This document shows positions 17,781-25,675 of a stretch of 64,000 nt of DNA, piece by piece (the stretch's first letter is position 1; each line of letters begins with the position of its first letter). Below the pieces are notes generated by a model. That model did no database searches. It saw only the letters and a list, made by a program, of their open reading frames with translations, and was not told the DNA's origin. Source of the stretch: a virus; the IMG/VR virus record IMGVR_UViG_3300008954_003554, positions 19,334 through 83,333 of that record. One strand, given 5' to 3'. The position numbers and the translations under genes are program-made.

Positions 17781-17803
17781 ATAATCACCAAGGAGGAATA
17801 TTC

Positions 17804-18211
17804 ATGTCAGTTCAGTTAGCAAATATTCAACACGACGGCGGCACTCACGATGTGTCTGTGGAAACAGAGGGTGATCAGTGTGTCATCAAGTTTGGCGGCA
17901 GCTTCACGCTCCGCGTGGATGAGGCAAATCTAAATAAGCTGCGTGAGATGATTCACATCGCGGCTCGTGACTTGACCATTGAGCGACGTGATACTGCCGG
18001 TGCTCGGGAGTGGTCGGAGTCGGGGTTAGACGACGTGTTTGACTTTGATGAGAGCGATGAGATCTCGGGTGAAGACCTGAAGGCGGCTGATGAGATCTGG
18101 CAATCGAGCGTTGAAGCTGACATGATCCAGCGTGGGATCGACGCGCGCGAGATGATGAAGGGAACAGCTAGCGCTGGAGACTGGAACCCGAACGATCCAT
18201 CCAACTGGTAG
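17804..18211 (+). CDS. acidic hypothetical protein
   Basis: AAGGAGG RBS. Confidence 0.75.
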   Translation: MSVQLANIQHDGGTHDVSVETEGDQCVIKFGGSFTLRVDEANLNKLREMIHIAARDLTIERRDTAGAREWSESGLDDVFDFDESDEISGEDLKAADEIWQSSVEADMIQRGIDAREMMKGTASAGDWNPNDPSNW

Positions 18212-18217
18212 GTAGAT

Positions 18218-18427
18218 ATGTTACAAATTCCATGGACAGTCGTGTTTGCGAAAGAGAGACAATCATTTACGCACCCCTCAGAGTACGTTGCGAAGGAGCT
18301 CTACGGGTCGATAGAGCAGAAAGCTATGCTCGAACAGGCCAATCAGTATGCGACACATGTCGGCTATGCGTCGGTTGTCTGCATCATCAAGGGGAGCCAT
18401 GCTGGAGGATTCTATGCAAATCGGTGA
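18218..18427 (+). CDS. hypothetical protein
   Basis: Stop overlaps the junction-type start of the next gene. Confidence 0.6.
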   Translation: MLQIPWTVVFAKERQSFTHPSEYVAKELYGSIEQKAMLEQANQYATHVGYASVVCIIKGSHAGGFYANR

Positions 18428-18587
18428 CATTGTTAGGTATAAGAACGAGAACACACCCTTTGGGACGATTGTTTGGATCATGCCCAAGGAAGAGAGAAAG
18501 GATAATGTTCTTGTGATGTGGAGCAAGAATAGGAAGTGGTTTGTGTGGCCTGAGAACATCGAGGTAGTAAATGAACGTGCAGCTTAG
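18414..18587 (+). CDS. KOW/SH3-like mini-protein
   Basis: GGAGG RBS; MQIGDIV...IEVVNE. Confidence 0.75.
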   Translation: MQIGDIVRYKNENTPFGTIVWIMPKEERKDNVLVMWSKNRKWFVWPENIEVVNERAA

Positions 18588-18765
18588 TAAAGAAGAGTAT
18601 GATACAATGATTGAGGCACTTGCACTCTATTCTAGCACCCATCACAAGGAGTTCCTAGATAACCAGGTCTACGCCGGAGTAGAGAGCAAAGGGTGTAGGG
18701 ATCGATGGCTGAATTCACATAAGCTCATTGAAAAGCTTGAAATGATTGAAGGTCAGAATACGTAA
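18571..18765 (+). CDS. hypothetical protein
   Basis: GAGG RBS; overlaps the upstream gene. Confidence 0.6.
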   Translation: MNVQLSKEEYDTMIEALALYSSTHHKEFLDNQVYAGVESKGCRDRWLNSHKLIEKLEMIEGQNT

Positions 18766-18769
18766 CAAC

Positions 18770-18798
18770 GTGCAGCTCTTGCGCTTTGTTGGTATAAT
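18770..18798 (+). promoter_or_regulatory. early-type promoter
   Basis: GTGCAG-N17-TATAAT. Confidence 0.75.
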
Positions 18799-18817
18799 AG
18801 ATTCAAGGAGGCAAACC

Positions 18818-19600
18818 ATGCCACGCAAATCTCACGATCTTCGTCTTAGTCAGGCTGTTGAGCTTCTTCAGGCCTATGAGGCAGCTGACCATCAAGGGAC
18901 CGAGGTCTCTTTCGTCAGGGACATGATTGCCCGCATGGGGCGTCGGAAGCAGATGTCTCCCAAGCAGAGGGGCTGGCTTGATTCACTCATCGAGCAGGGG
19001 GTTCCAGCTCCCAAGGGGGACTCAAAGCTTATTGATGAGATCGAGCGCCTGCTCAAAGTTCCCGGCGCTGATCACGTTCATCAGCCGCTGCGAGACTTTC
19101 TCTTCCGAGAAAAGAAGGGTTGGACACTTTCTCCCAAGCAGATCGCCTTTCGAGACAGGCTGATAGATGAAGCCAGAGTCATCGAGCGCGACGGTCCTTG
19201 GTTCCCATCGAGCGAGCAAGCAGAAAAGCTCAGAAGCTGTGCAGCTATGTCTCCGAGCCGCAGCGGGATGTACTGGTCCACGCACCCAGGCGAGGAGCGA
19301 GCGCTTAAGAAGGTTTTGTCGTGGCTAGAGGGCTGTGATAAGTTTGTAGACTCGTGGTCTGTAGACAAGGTGCTTCACAGCTTCAGGAGCGGATTGAAAG
19401 AGATGGAGGCACCTTACGCTTCCGCCGGTGATATCGTCTGGGGGAATCACGGAAAGTATTACGGAAAGATGGCTCTTGTTACCGGTGGTCCTGCCATCGC
19501 TGAGAACGGCCGTATCGGATACCCGGTCTTGATCGACGGGGTATCAACAACCTTCTCGAAAGGGATGATCACCAAGCGCCGACCGAAGGCAAGGGAGTAA
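18818..19600 (+). CDS. hypothetical protein with a duplicated SPKQ helical motif and a C-terminal SH3-like domain
   Basis: AAGGAGG RBS before ATG 18818; MSPKQ and LSPKQ repeats; SAGDIVW. Confidence 0.75.
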   Translation: MPRKSHDLRLSQAVELLQAYEAADHQGTEVSFVRDMIARMGRRKQMSPKQRGWLDSLIEQGVPAPKGDSKLIDEIERLLKVPGADHVHQPLRDFLFREKKGWTLSPKQIAFRDRLIDEARVIERDGPWFPSSEQAEKLRSCAAMSPSRSGMYWSTHPGEERALKKVLSWLEGCDKFVDSWSVDKVLHSFRSGLKEMEAPYASAGDIVWGNHGKYYGKMALVTGGPAIAENGRIGYPVLIDGVSTTFSKGMITKRRPKARE

Positions 19601-19602
19601 CC

Positions 19603-19785
19603 ATGGGTGATACGATTAAGTCAGGGAAGTGCAGACTGTGCACGGGTCAAGGTCTCGGAGTTCAGATGGTCGACACACGTGGTCAACCAGCTGTGTTCCA
19701 CTGCAAGCAGTGCGAGCCCGTCTACTTCCACCGTCTATCGATGCTTGACAAGGAGAGGTTTCTCAAAGGTGCAGGTGTAGAGTGA
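19603..19785 (+). CDS. small zinc-finger protein
   Basis: CRLC...CKQC; GGGAG RBS. Confidence 0.65.
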   Translation: MGDTIKSGKCRLCTGQGLGVQMVDTRGQPAVFHCKQCEPVYFHRLSMLDKERFLKGAGVE

Positions 19786-19920
19786 CATTTGATCTAGGCT
19801 TCTGGCTAAGTGGCGGGTTCTTCTTCTCTCTCGGCATGTTCATTGGGATTTGGGCTGAGCATCGAGCCCGAGAATATTATGAACGGAAGGGAAAGGAGTA
19901 GTCCCCGGACACCCTCTCTC

Positions 19921-19949
19921 ATGTAAACTTGGGTAGTCTGTGGTATAAT
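19921..19949 (+). promoter_or_regulatory. early-type promoter
   Basis: ATGTAA-N17-TATAAT. Confidence 0.75.
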
Positions 19950-19970
19950 ATTATCACCAAGGAGGTCCAG

Positions 19971-20255
19971 ATGGATTTGAATGTTGATGTGATCGATAAC
20001 GAGACCGGTGAGATTTACCGGGAGGGCGTGCTGCTTGCGAGTGCGCATATCTTTATTGCCAAAGAGAATGGTAATATTGTCCGGGACGAAGTGAACACCG
20101 TTCACCTTGATGAGATTGATGGCGGCGGCGAGATAAAAGTCCGTGATATCTATGTCGATTTTCCGGAAGAGAGAAGGAAGAGAGATTTGTCAGCTGAGGC
20201 AATAATCAAGGCCAGGGAGTTCTGGCAGTATGAGAATGGCGGGGGTCAGGTATGA
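19971..20255 (+). CDS. hypothetical protein
   Basis: AAGGAGG RBS before ATG 19971. Confidence 0.7.
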   Translation: MDLNVDVIDNETGEIYREGVLLASAHIFIAKENGNIVRDEVNTVHLDEIDGGGEIKVRDIYVDFPEERRKRDLSAEAIIKAREFWQYENGGGQV

Positions 20256-20500
20256 ATATCTATACATTTGTAATCGGTAGCGCTGACGACTTCGAGGGAA
20301 TCGAAGATTTGACGGACTATGTGGACCAGGAGGGTTGCGACGGCGGTTTGAACTACAGCTGCCATGAGTTCGCAGTACATCCGGAGTGTGACGAGGAGAC
20401 AGTGACCCTGATCGGTCGTGGTATCGCGTTCAGTAACGACTGGTGCATGGACCACACTTTCAGTTTCCTCGTCCGCGGGGAGATTTCCCCTGTAGTCTGA
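20252..20500 (+). CDS. acidic hypothetical protein
   Basis: ATGA overlap. Confidence 0.65.
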   Translation: MNIYTFVIGSADDFEGIEDLTDYVDQEGCDGGLNYSCHEFAVHPECDEETVTLIGRGIAFSNDWCMDHTFSFLVRGEISPVV

Positions 20501-20518
20501 AGTGTGTGGTGGTATAAT
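20490..20518 (+). promoter_or_regulatory. early-type promoter
   Basis: CTGTAG-N17-TATAAT. Confidence 0.7.
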
Positions 20519-20542
20519 ATAATCACCAAGCAAGGAGATGCA

Positions 20543-20773
20543 ATGCCTATTCAAGAACTAGACGAAATGGAAAAGCTACTCGATGAAACTGCAGACTGCT
20601 TCGAGGACACTATGAAGCAGCTGTTCGATGAGGATCCCGGGATGTTCGAGGGTCGGTCTACCCAGGCAAGCTGGTCAGCTCAGGTAAGTTTTGCTGGCGA
20701 TGAGCTTCGCAAGGAACTCAACAAGGTTATCGAGCAGATAGAGATTCGACTACACGATGGACAGTTCGCATAA
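20543..20773 (+). CDS. acidic helical hypothetical protein
   Basis: AAGGAG RBS before ATG 20543. Confidence 0.7.
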   Translation: MPIQELDEMEKLLDETADCFEDTMKQLFDEDPGMFEGRSTQASWSAQVSFAGDELRKELNKVIEQIEIRLHDGQFA

Positions 20774-21032
20774 TGTGGAGGGTCGAAGCTATATTCTGGA
20801 TTCTATCCGGACTTGCGGTTGGATGGCTCGTGCTGGGTGTTCCAGCACACTAGGGGATGATTGTTATGTTAAGTCAAATGTGGTTATGGACAGCGACAGT
20901 GAGGCTCCCAAACGGAGATGCTCCTGCTACAGTGATCGCTCCCGATCAGTGGACAGCGCGACGAATGATTGAAGCGCAGTTCGGGAAGGGATCGATTCTT
21001 GGTGACTACGTCGAGTGCGTAAAGGCTGTCGG

Positions 21033-21221
21033 ATGATGGAGCGAGGGGACCAGGTCCTTGTAACTCAGGGAACTTATCGCGAGTGCACTGGGCAGGTTGT
21101 ATTTCTTGATCATGTTGACAGCCTTGCCACCATTGCCCTCGACCAGCACAGCATGCTGCTGAAGATAAGTATTGCTAGTCTTGAGCTAGTCACGTGTAAA
21201 TCCAGGGCTGGTAAGGTATAA
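21033..21221 (+). CDS. KOW-motif small protein
   Basis: RGDQVLVTQGTYRECTGQV KOW pattern. Confidence 0.65.
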   Translation: MMERGDQVLVTQGTYRECTGQVVFLDHVDSLATIALDQHSMLLKISIASLELVTCKSRAGKV

Positions 21222-21222
21222 T
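21194..21222 (+). promoter_or_regulatory. early-type promoter
   Basis: GTGTAA-N17-TATAAT. Confidence 0.75.
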
Positions 21223-21240
21223 ATATCCAGGAGGCGACAC

Positions 21241-21402
21241 ATGCCCAAGAAGAAGCAGAAGAAGCAATTCACCAGCAAGGCCCAGGAGCGTCGTGCTCGT
21301 AACTGGCTCGCTGTCCACGCGTTTCAGCGGAGCGGTGCTGGTCGGCATACTGATAAGAAGAAGAAGGCCAGCAAGCAGGCGTGCCGAGGGAGCCATCAGT
21401 GA
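21241..21402 (+). CDS. 53-aa highly basic protein (not in ORF track)
   Basis: AGGAGG RBS; MPKKKQKKQF...RNWLAVHAFQRSGAGRHTDKKKKASKQACRGSHQ. Confidence 0.7.
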   Translation: MPKKKQKKQFTSKAQERRARNWLAVHAFQRSGAGRHTDKKKKASKQACRGSHQ

Positions 21403-21584
21403 TGGAGTCAGCTGTTGCTATCGTGTTCTTCATACTCTGGACAGTCTTGATTATCCTAGTCTTGAACCCAGAGTTATTCATCCGGCTCAGGTACCGTATC
21501 GACATCGATGATGTGGATGATCAGTCTGACAAGCCTGATCTAGCGCCGGAGAAAGATGAACCAAAGCTAGATCGTTACGTGTAA
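21402..21584 (+). CDS. small membrane protein
   Basis: TGATG overlap; N-terminal TM helix, acidic tail. Confidence 0.6.
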   Translation: MESAVAIVFFILWTVLIILVLNPELFIRLRYRIDIDDVDDQSDKPDLAPEKDEPKLDRYV

Positions 21585-21607
21585 AGCGCCCATAAGTTTT
21601 GTATAAT
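21579..21607 (+). promoter_or_regulatory. early-type promoter (-35 contains the upstream stop codon)
   Basis: GTGTAA-N17-TATAAT. Confidence 0.75.
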
Positions 21608-21626
21608 GTACCCAGGAGGTAATACC

Positions 21627-21857
21627 ATGACCGAGCTTGAAGAAGCACAGATGAGAGCAGCCGAGTTCACGAACTCATTGGCATGCTTGTATCACATTCA
21701 ACAACTGCTTGCTGTGGGAGAGGAGGCTAAGGGAAGTATCCGAGACAGGACACTGCCTGATCCGGTTCGCAAGCAGGCAATTCAGGATCTTCGCCACGTC
21801 AATCTACAATTCAATGTGGTCGCTGCTGCGCGCGCTGTGTTGGGAATCTCAGCTTAG
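21627..21857 (+). CDS. hypothetical protein
   Basis: AGGAGG RBS. Confidence 0.7.
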   Translation: MTELEEAQMRAAEFTNSLACLYHIQQLLAVGEEAKGSIRDRTLPDPVRKQAIQDLRHVNLQFNVVAAARAVLGISA

Positions 21858-21867
21858 GAGAAGAATC

Positions 21868-22104
21868 ATGACAACTGCAGAGATCATTGCTAACTACAAG
21901 GCCATGCAGGAGATGAAGCCTCATAGCTCCATCCTCCGCGAAGTGCGCATCCAGTATGCCGACATGGCAGAGGGTGGCGACGGGGGGACCTTGGGTTACG
22001 CCCCTGACGGTTTCAATCGCCCACCAACCTGTCGTGAGTACAACTACCCTGGCAAACCGGACTCTTTCTTCCAGGAAGTCAGACAGGCTCTGGGATGGCA
22101 ATGA
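21868..22104 (+). CDS. hypothetical protein
   Basis: AGGAG RBS before ATG 21868. Confidence 0.65.
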   Translation: MTTAEIIANYKAMQEMKPHSSILREVRIQYADMAEGGDGGTLGYAPDGFNRPPTCREYNYPGKPDSFFQEVRQALGWQ

Positions 22105-22391
22105 GCGAATCCAATATTGTCTACCTTGATGACCACAGACAAATTAATCCCATCCTGGGTCGAGGCGACCTGGTCCGAATTGTCTCTCCGGAGATAGATG
22201 GGATTGTTGTGGGGGTGACAGCTGTCATGGGACCCGATTCAGACGCACCAGGTCAGGCAGCGTCTGTTGATGTTGCTGTTCCTTACGACGAAGAATGGGT
22301 GATTCATGAGGACGTCCCAGTCCAGGAATTGCATCGAGTTATCAACAAGGAGTATCAGGTGTCGAGGATGATAGACACAGAGGAGGGATAG
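22101..22391 (+). CDS. SH3-like small protein
   Basis: GRGDLVRIV...DGIVVG; ATGA overlap. Confidence 0.65.
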   Translation: MSESNIVYLDDHRQINPILGRGDLVRIVSPEIDGIVVGVTAVMGPDSDAPGQAASVDVAVPYDEEWVIHEDVPVQELHRVINKEYQVSRMIDTEEG

Positions 22392-22422
22392 AAAAAAGAA
22401 TTGTGACCTACGTGTCGACTTC

Positions 22423-22451
22423 GTGTAGCACTGAGGGTGTGATGGTATAAT
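22423..22451 (+). promoter_or_regulatory. early-type promoter
   Basis: GTGTAG-N17-TATAAT. Confidence 0.75.
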
Positions 22452-22507
22452 ATTATCATGGAGGGGATGGATCCCTCCTCTCAACCCCAAAACCCCCGAG
22501 GTTAATC

Positions 22508-22867
22508 ATGGCTATCACCGCTAACTCCCGCTACCTGTTCGAAATCCTCAGCTCCGACGAGCTGGCTGCTCACCCGAAGTCCGGTCTCAAGACCGTCGTG
22601 GTCTCCGGGACCTGCACCAACGCTGACGGCGTCAGCTTTGACTTTATCGCTACCAACAACTTGGACCAGCGGTACCCCGACCGGTTCAAGGTGAACTGGA
22701 ACGGAAAGGCAGCTCGGATGCCTAAGGTCGTCGGCTTCGGTATCGCGGAAGACGTCCGCACCGATCGCAAGGTGACTGAGGACCTCTACTTCACCCGCGG
22801 CGCTCGCATCGCAATCGCTCGGAAGTGCAAGTCGCTCTTCCCGCTTTGGAAGCAGGCGTCAAGCTAG
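22508..22867 (+). CDS. hypothetical protein with strong GC3 codon bias
   Basis: GAGG RBS; leader resembles that of the gene at 12871. Confidence 0.75.
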   Translation: MAITANSRYLFEILSSDELAAHPKSGLKTVVVSGTCTNADGVSFDFIATNNLDQRYPDRFKVNWNGKAARMPKVVGFGIAEDVRTDRKVTEDLYFTRGARIAIARKCKSLFPLWKQASS

Positions 22868-22952
22868 GACACTGGCTGGGACTTCCGGTTGTTCGGCACC
22901 GTAACGGTTCTGATGACTTGACCGGCACTCCCAGCCTCACCTGGCTGTCCCG

Positions 22953-22982
22953 ATGTACAATCGGGGCGGTCCTCTTTATAAT
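22953..22982 (+). promoter_or_regulatory. promoter for the tRNA
   Basis: ATGTAC-N18-TATAAT ending 8 nt before the tRNA. Confidence 0.6.
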
Positions 22983-22990
22983 GTTCACAT

Positions 22991-23067
22991 GCGCCCTTAG
23001 CTCAGTTGGATAGAGCATTGGCCTTCTAAGCCAAGGGTCGTAGGTTCGAATCCTACAGGGCGTACCA
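22991..23067 (+). tRNA. tRNA-Arg(UCU), CCA encoded
   Basis: 77 nt; acceptor GCGCCCT/AGGGCGT, D-arm AGCTCAGTTGGATAGAGC, anticodon arm TTGGC-CTTCTAA-GCCAA, GGTTCGAATCC, ACCA. Confidence 0.97.
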
Positions 23068-23077
23068 TTTAGTTCTC

Positions 23078-23106
23078 GTGTAAAACAAGCAGAGTTGAGG
23101 TATAAT
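23078..23106 (+). promoter_or_regulatory. early-type promoter upstream of the ORF-less structured region
   Basis: GTGTAA-N17-TATAAT. Confidence 0.8.
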
Positions 23107-23112
23107 AAAGAG

Positions 23113-23855
23113 GTAAGGAACAAGGAGCACTGTTCGCACCGGTTGCACGCCCTAGTGAGTAAGGATCTTCGTAAGGGGACCGCTCCAGGTGGTATCAAAG
23201 ATGCAATGTCGTCTGGAGTCGAAAGACCTAAGCTCCGCTTCCCTTACTGATCTTTAACATTCTAATCCCCCAGGTCCGAAAGGAGGAGCTCAAAGAGGCA
23301 CCGGACGGTCCAGCCAGTTATTGGTGTTCTGGGGGATTTATTTGAGGCCTTGGATTTAGCGGTCCGAGGAGCCGGTGGGAGTCGGCAGTCGTGGAACGAA
23401 GAGCTCACGGTGAGTGACATATTGGTAGTCACAAGAGGTCCGGGGTGCTGAGAGGTGTGTGCACCAACCGCACATCGCGCAACAACTAAACGGACTCCCA
23501 CCCCCTCTACCCTTTATGTGGGGGACACAGACCAGAGTGGTTGCCGATACTAGTTGTGGCAACTCGTGGTTGCGTAAGCGTGGTCAGGATTTCTGACTTT
23601 ACAGGCTGTGTCTAGATAGAGAAGTTGGGAACTCTATCACCATCTCCGCGGCTGGCGGTAAAATGGGAGCGAAGTCAGACACGTCCATCCAGTCCTACCC
23701 GGCACCCGCCTGGGGAAACTGACAGCGGGTATATTTTAATAGAGGAGATTTGGGAAGAGCGAGGGTCTCTTCCAAGGTTAACAAAAGGCGGGACGCTGCT
23801 GAAAGTGATGATAACAATCCCAGCTCGGGGGAACATTCCGGCCTTCACTAACCCT
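23113..23855 (+). ncRNA. candidate large structured ncRNA (~740 nt; class unassigned)
   Basis: Own promoter, no credible ORF, more than 12 nested helices, several GNRA tetraloops; boundaries approximate. Confidence 0.65.
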
Positions 23856-23876
23856 ACATTTAAGGAGACTCAGAGG

Positions 23877-24068
23877 ATGAGGTCAGGTGACATTGTTAGG
23901 AATCGAAACTCAGAGAGCGGAGAGATGGGTGTCTTCATGGGCATGACAGTGTTCAAGAACCAGACGAACAACGAGCTCTATGAGTGTGCCGAGGTTTACT
24001 GGCCGGAGAGAAGGAAGGTGGGGACGATTCAGACTAGCCTAGTGGAGGTGATCAGTGCAGGTCGGTGA
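23877..24068 (+). CDS. KOW/SH3-like mini-protein
   Basis: AAGGAG RBS; MRSGDIV...EVISAGR. Confidence 0.75.
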   Translation: MRSGDIVRNRNSESGEMGVFMGMTVFKNQTNNELYECAEVYWPERRKVGTIQTSLVEVISAGR

Positions 24069-24231
24069 TCTGGTAGGTCACATCAGCGGAGACGGCCCCA
24101 CCGGCATTGTTCTGGCCACATGGGCGGATGTTCAACCCGGTATTGGCATCGAGGAAACATGGTGTGAGATCCTCTGGGGCTGCGGTGAGATCTGGGAATA
24201 TGCCGAGAAAGATCTCGAGAGGGTTCAGTGA
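24055..24231 (+). CDS. KOW/SH3-like mini-protein (58 aa, not in ORF track)
   Basis: Junction GGAGGTGATCAGTGCAGGTCGGTGAT; MQVGDLV...TGIVL...DLERVQ. Confidence 0.75.
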   Translation: MQVGDLVGHISGDGPTGIVLATWADVQPGIGIEETWCEILWGCGEIWEYAEKDLERVQ

Positions 24232-24238
24232 TTCGTGC

Positions 24239-24267
24239 ATGTAACAGCAAGACAGCTGTGGTATAAT
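24239..24267 (+). promoter_or_regulatory. early-type promoter
   Basis: ATGTAA-N17-TATAAT. Confidence 0.75.
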
Positions 24268-24287
24268 AGAAGCACCAAGGAGATATT

Positions 24288-24512
24288 ATGACAGAGGAAG
24301 AGAAACGAGCGCTGGTTGAGAGGTACGAGTGTGATTCATCGATTGCGTATGACGTCACAGACGATGAGCTGGATGTTTTGCTCCTAACGCTGGGAGAGAT
24401 GGAGCCTATCGTCGACGCGATCAATGTTCGCTGCGGTGCAAGCATCGAACAGCGAGCAGCGGATATCGGGTGTGATCCGGAAGACTTTGCTTATGAGATC
24501 CAGGGATTTTAG
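24288..24512 (+). CDS. acidic hypothetical protein
   Basis: AAGGAG RBS. Confidence 0.7.
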   Translation: MTEEEKRALVERYECDSSIAYDVTDDELDVLLLTLGEMEPIVDAINVRCGASIEQRAADIGCDPEDFAYEIQGF

Positions 24513-24513
24513 C

Positions 24514-24542
24514 ATGTAATCATATCCTAGCTGTGGTATAAT
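24514..24542 (+). promoter_or_regulatory. early-type promoter
   Basis: ATGTAA-N17-TATAAT. Confidence 0.75.
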
Positions 24543-24564
24543 GAGAACACAACGGGAGGTTGTC

Positions 24565-24666
24565 ATGAGAACTGGAACTTTGAAAGATAGGTATAACAAC
24601 TACGTGAGCGCGATGATTAGCATGGGTCTTCCCTACGTTGACTTCGACACCTGGCTCAATCGATAG
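24565..24666 (+). CDS. 33-aa peptide with its own promoter (not in ORF track)
   Basis: GGGAGG RBS; MRTGTLKDRYNNYVSAMISMGLPYVDFDTWLNR. Confidence 0.7.
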   Translation: MRTGTLKDRYNNYVSAMISMGLPYVDFDTWLNR

Positions 24667-24672
24667 GACTGC

Positions 24673-24701
24673 GTGTAACCCACGAGCTGCCGTGGTATAA
24701 T
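24673..24701 (+). promoter_or_regulatory. early-type promoter
   Basis: GTGTAA-N17-TATAAT. Confidence 0.8.
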
Positions 24702-24722
24702 GGTATCACCTAAGGAGGTACA

Positions 24723-24902
24723 ATGAAGTACACAATCAAGAAGTTCAATGGCGACGATCAATACAGCTGGGCGGTCTTTCGCGCGGCAGACGTGAAGGGG
24801 ATGCGGAGTCCGATCTTTTACGGTGATGCTGAGCCGATCATCAATGGTCTGGACCGCAGTGAGGCACGGTACCACAGAGATCGACTGGAGAAGATCGCAT
24901 GA
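24723..24902 (+). CDS. 59-aa protein (not in ORF track)
   Basis: TAAGGAGG RBS; MKYTIKKFNGDDQYSWAVFR... Confidence 0.7.
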   Translation: MKYTIKKFNGDDQYSWAVFRAADVKGMRSPIFYGDAEPIINGLDRSEARYHRDRLEKIA

Positions 24903-25068
24903 AGTATTACTGTAGATTCTGCGGCGTCAAGTCGCACAACCCACACTGGGTGCAGGGTATGTGCCCTCGATGCGGAGCAAGAACACCCCCGAAGGAATGG
25001 TGATGATAATCTATGCACTGTTTATAGGTGGTGGGCTCTGGTTTACTATCGCTGCATTCATGAACATC

Positions 25069-25097
25069 GTGCAGCACTCGTAGCCCTGTGGTATAAT
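25069..25097 (+). promoter_or_regulatory. early-type promoter
   Basis: GTGCAG-N17-TATAAT. Confidence 0.75.
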
Positions 25098-25122
25098 AGA
25101 ATCACCAACCAAGGAGGCCCAC

Positions 25123-25293
25123 ATGGCAACAACAGCAAATGCCAACCGAGCCGCCCACAAGAAGTGCGCGGGAAGCGGATACCCTGTAGCCTTGTTCCTT
25201 CTACGGCTGGGTCACACCAAAAACCCTTGCGGCCACTGCGGCCGGAAAGTAAGGATTCTCAAGAACGGCCGGATGGCGTCTCATCGGGCGTAG
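25123..25293 (+). CDS. 56-aa basic putative Zn-binding protein (not in ORF track)
   Basis: AAGGAGG RBS; CAGSG...CGHCGR...H. Confidence 0.65.
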   Translation: MATTANANRAAHKKCAGSGYPVALFLLRLGHTKNPCGHCGRKVRILKNGRMASHRA

Positions 25294-25450
25294 CTACCCA
25301 AACGAAAGACATAAGGGAGAAACCAAAATGACCAAGACCCAGACCAGCCAGAAGCCCTACGTCAGTCAAACCGGCAGCAAGTACCATGTGCTCAACAGCC
25401 GGGGCAAAGTTGCGGCGACGTTCACCAGCATCTCACTTTCGGCGTGAATA

Positions 25451-25666
25451 ATGGCGACTAGAACTTCAAAGCTCAAGGCAATCATCCCGGGAAACTGGGG
25501 TTACCAGAAGGTTGAGATATACTTTGGCCAGGTGCGGGTGACTAGCTGTCAGCAGTGGGTGATGGCCGGTGAACTGATGCAGCACATAGAAGGTGGATCG
25601 GTGTGGGAGTTTAGGTATCGTGAGGGAGATGTGCTGCGCGGATATCCTGTAAAGCATCACCGGTGA
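25451..25666 (+). CDS. hypothetical protein
   Basis: 71-aa ORF in the operon direction. Confidence 0.5.
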   Translation: MATRTSKLKAIIPGNWGYQKVEIYFGQVRVTSCQQWVMAGELMQHIEGGSVWEFRYREGDVLRGYPVKHHR

Positions 25667-25675
25667 TGGTATAAT
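25647..25675 (+). promoter_or_regulatory. early-type promoter
   Basis: CTGTAA-N17-TATAAT; leader CACCAACCAAGGAGGCCCACA identical to the one after 25097. Confidence 0.75.

Noticed and set aside
21241-21402. ArfA ribosome-rescue factor
   Set aside because: Similar size and charge, but it lacks the KKGKGSY motif.
23113-23855. RNase P RNA or self-splicing intron assignment
   Set aside because: I could not find the GAGGAAAGUCC P4 signature, group II domain V or an interrupted host gene, so the class is left unassigned.
23625-23876. N-terminal extension of ORF 23625-24068
   Set aside because: TTG start without an RBS inside the structured region. The AAGGAG RBS and family motif place the start at 23877.
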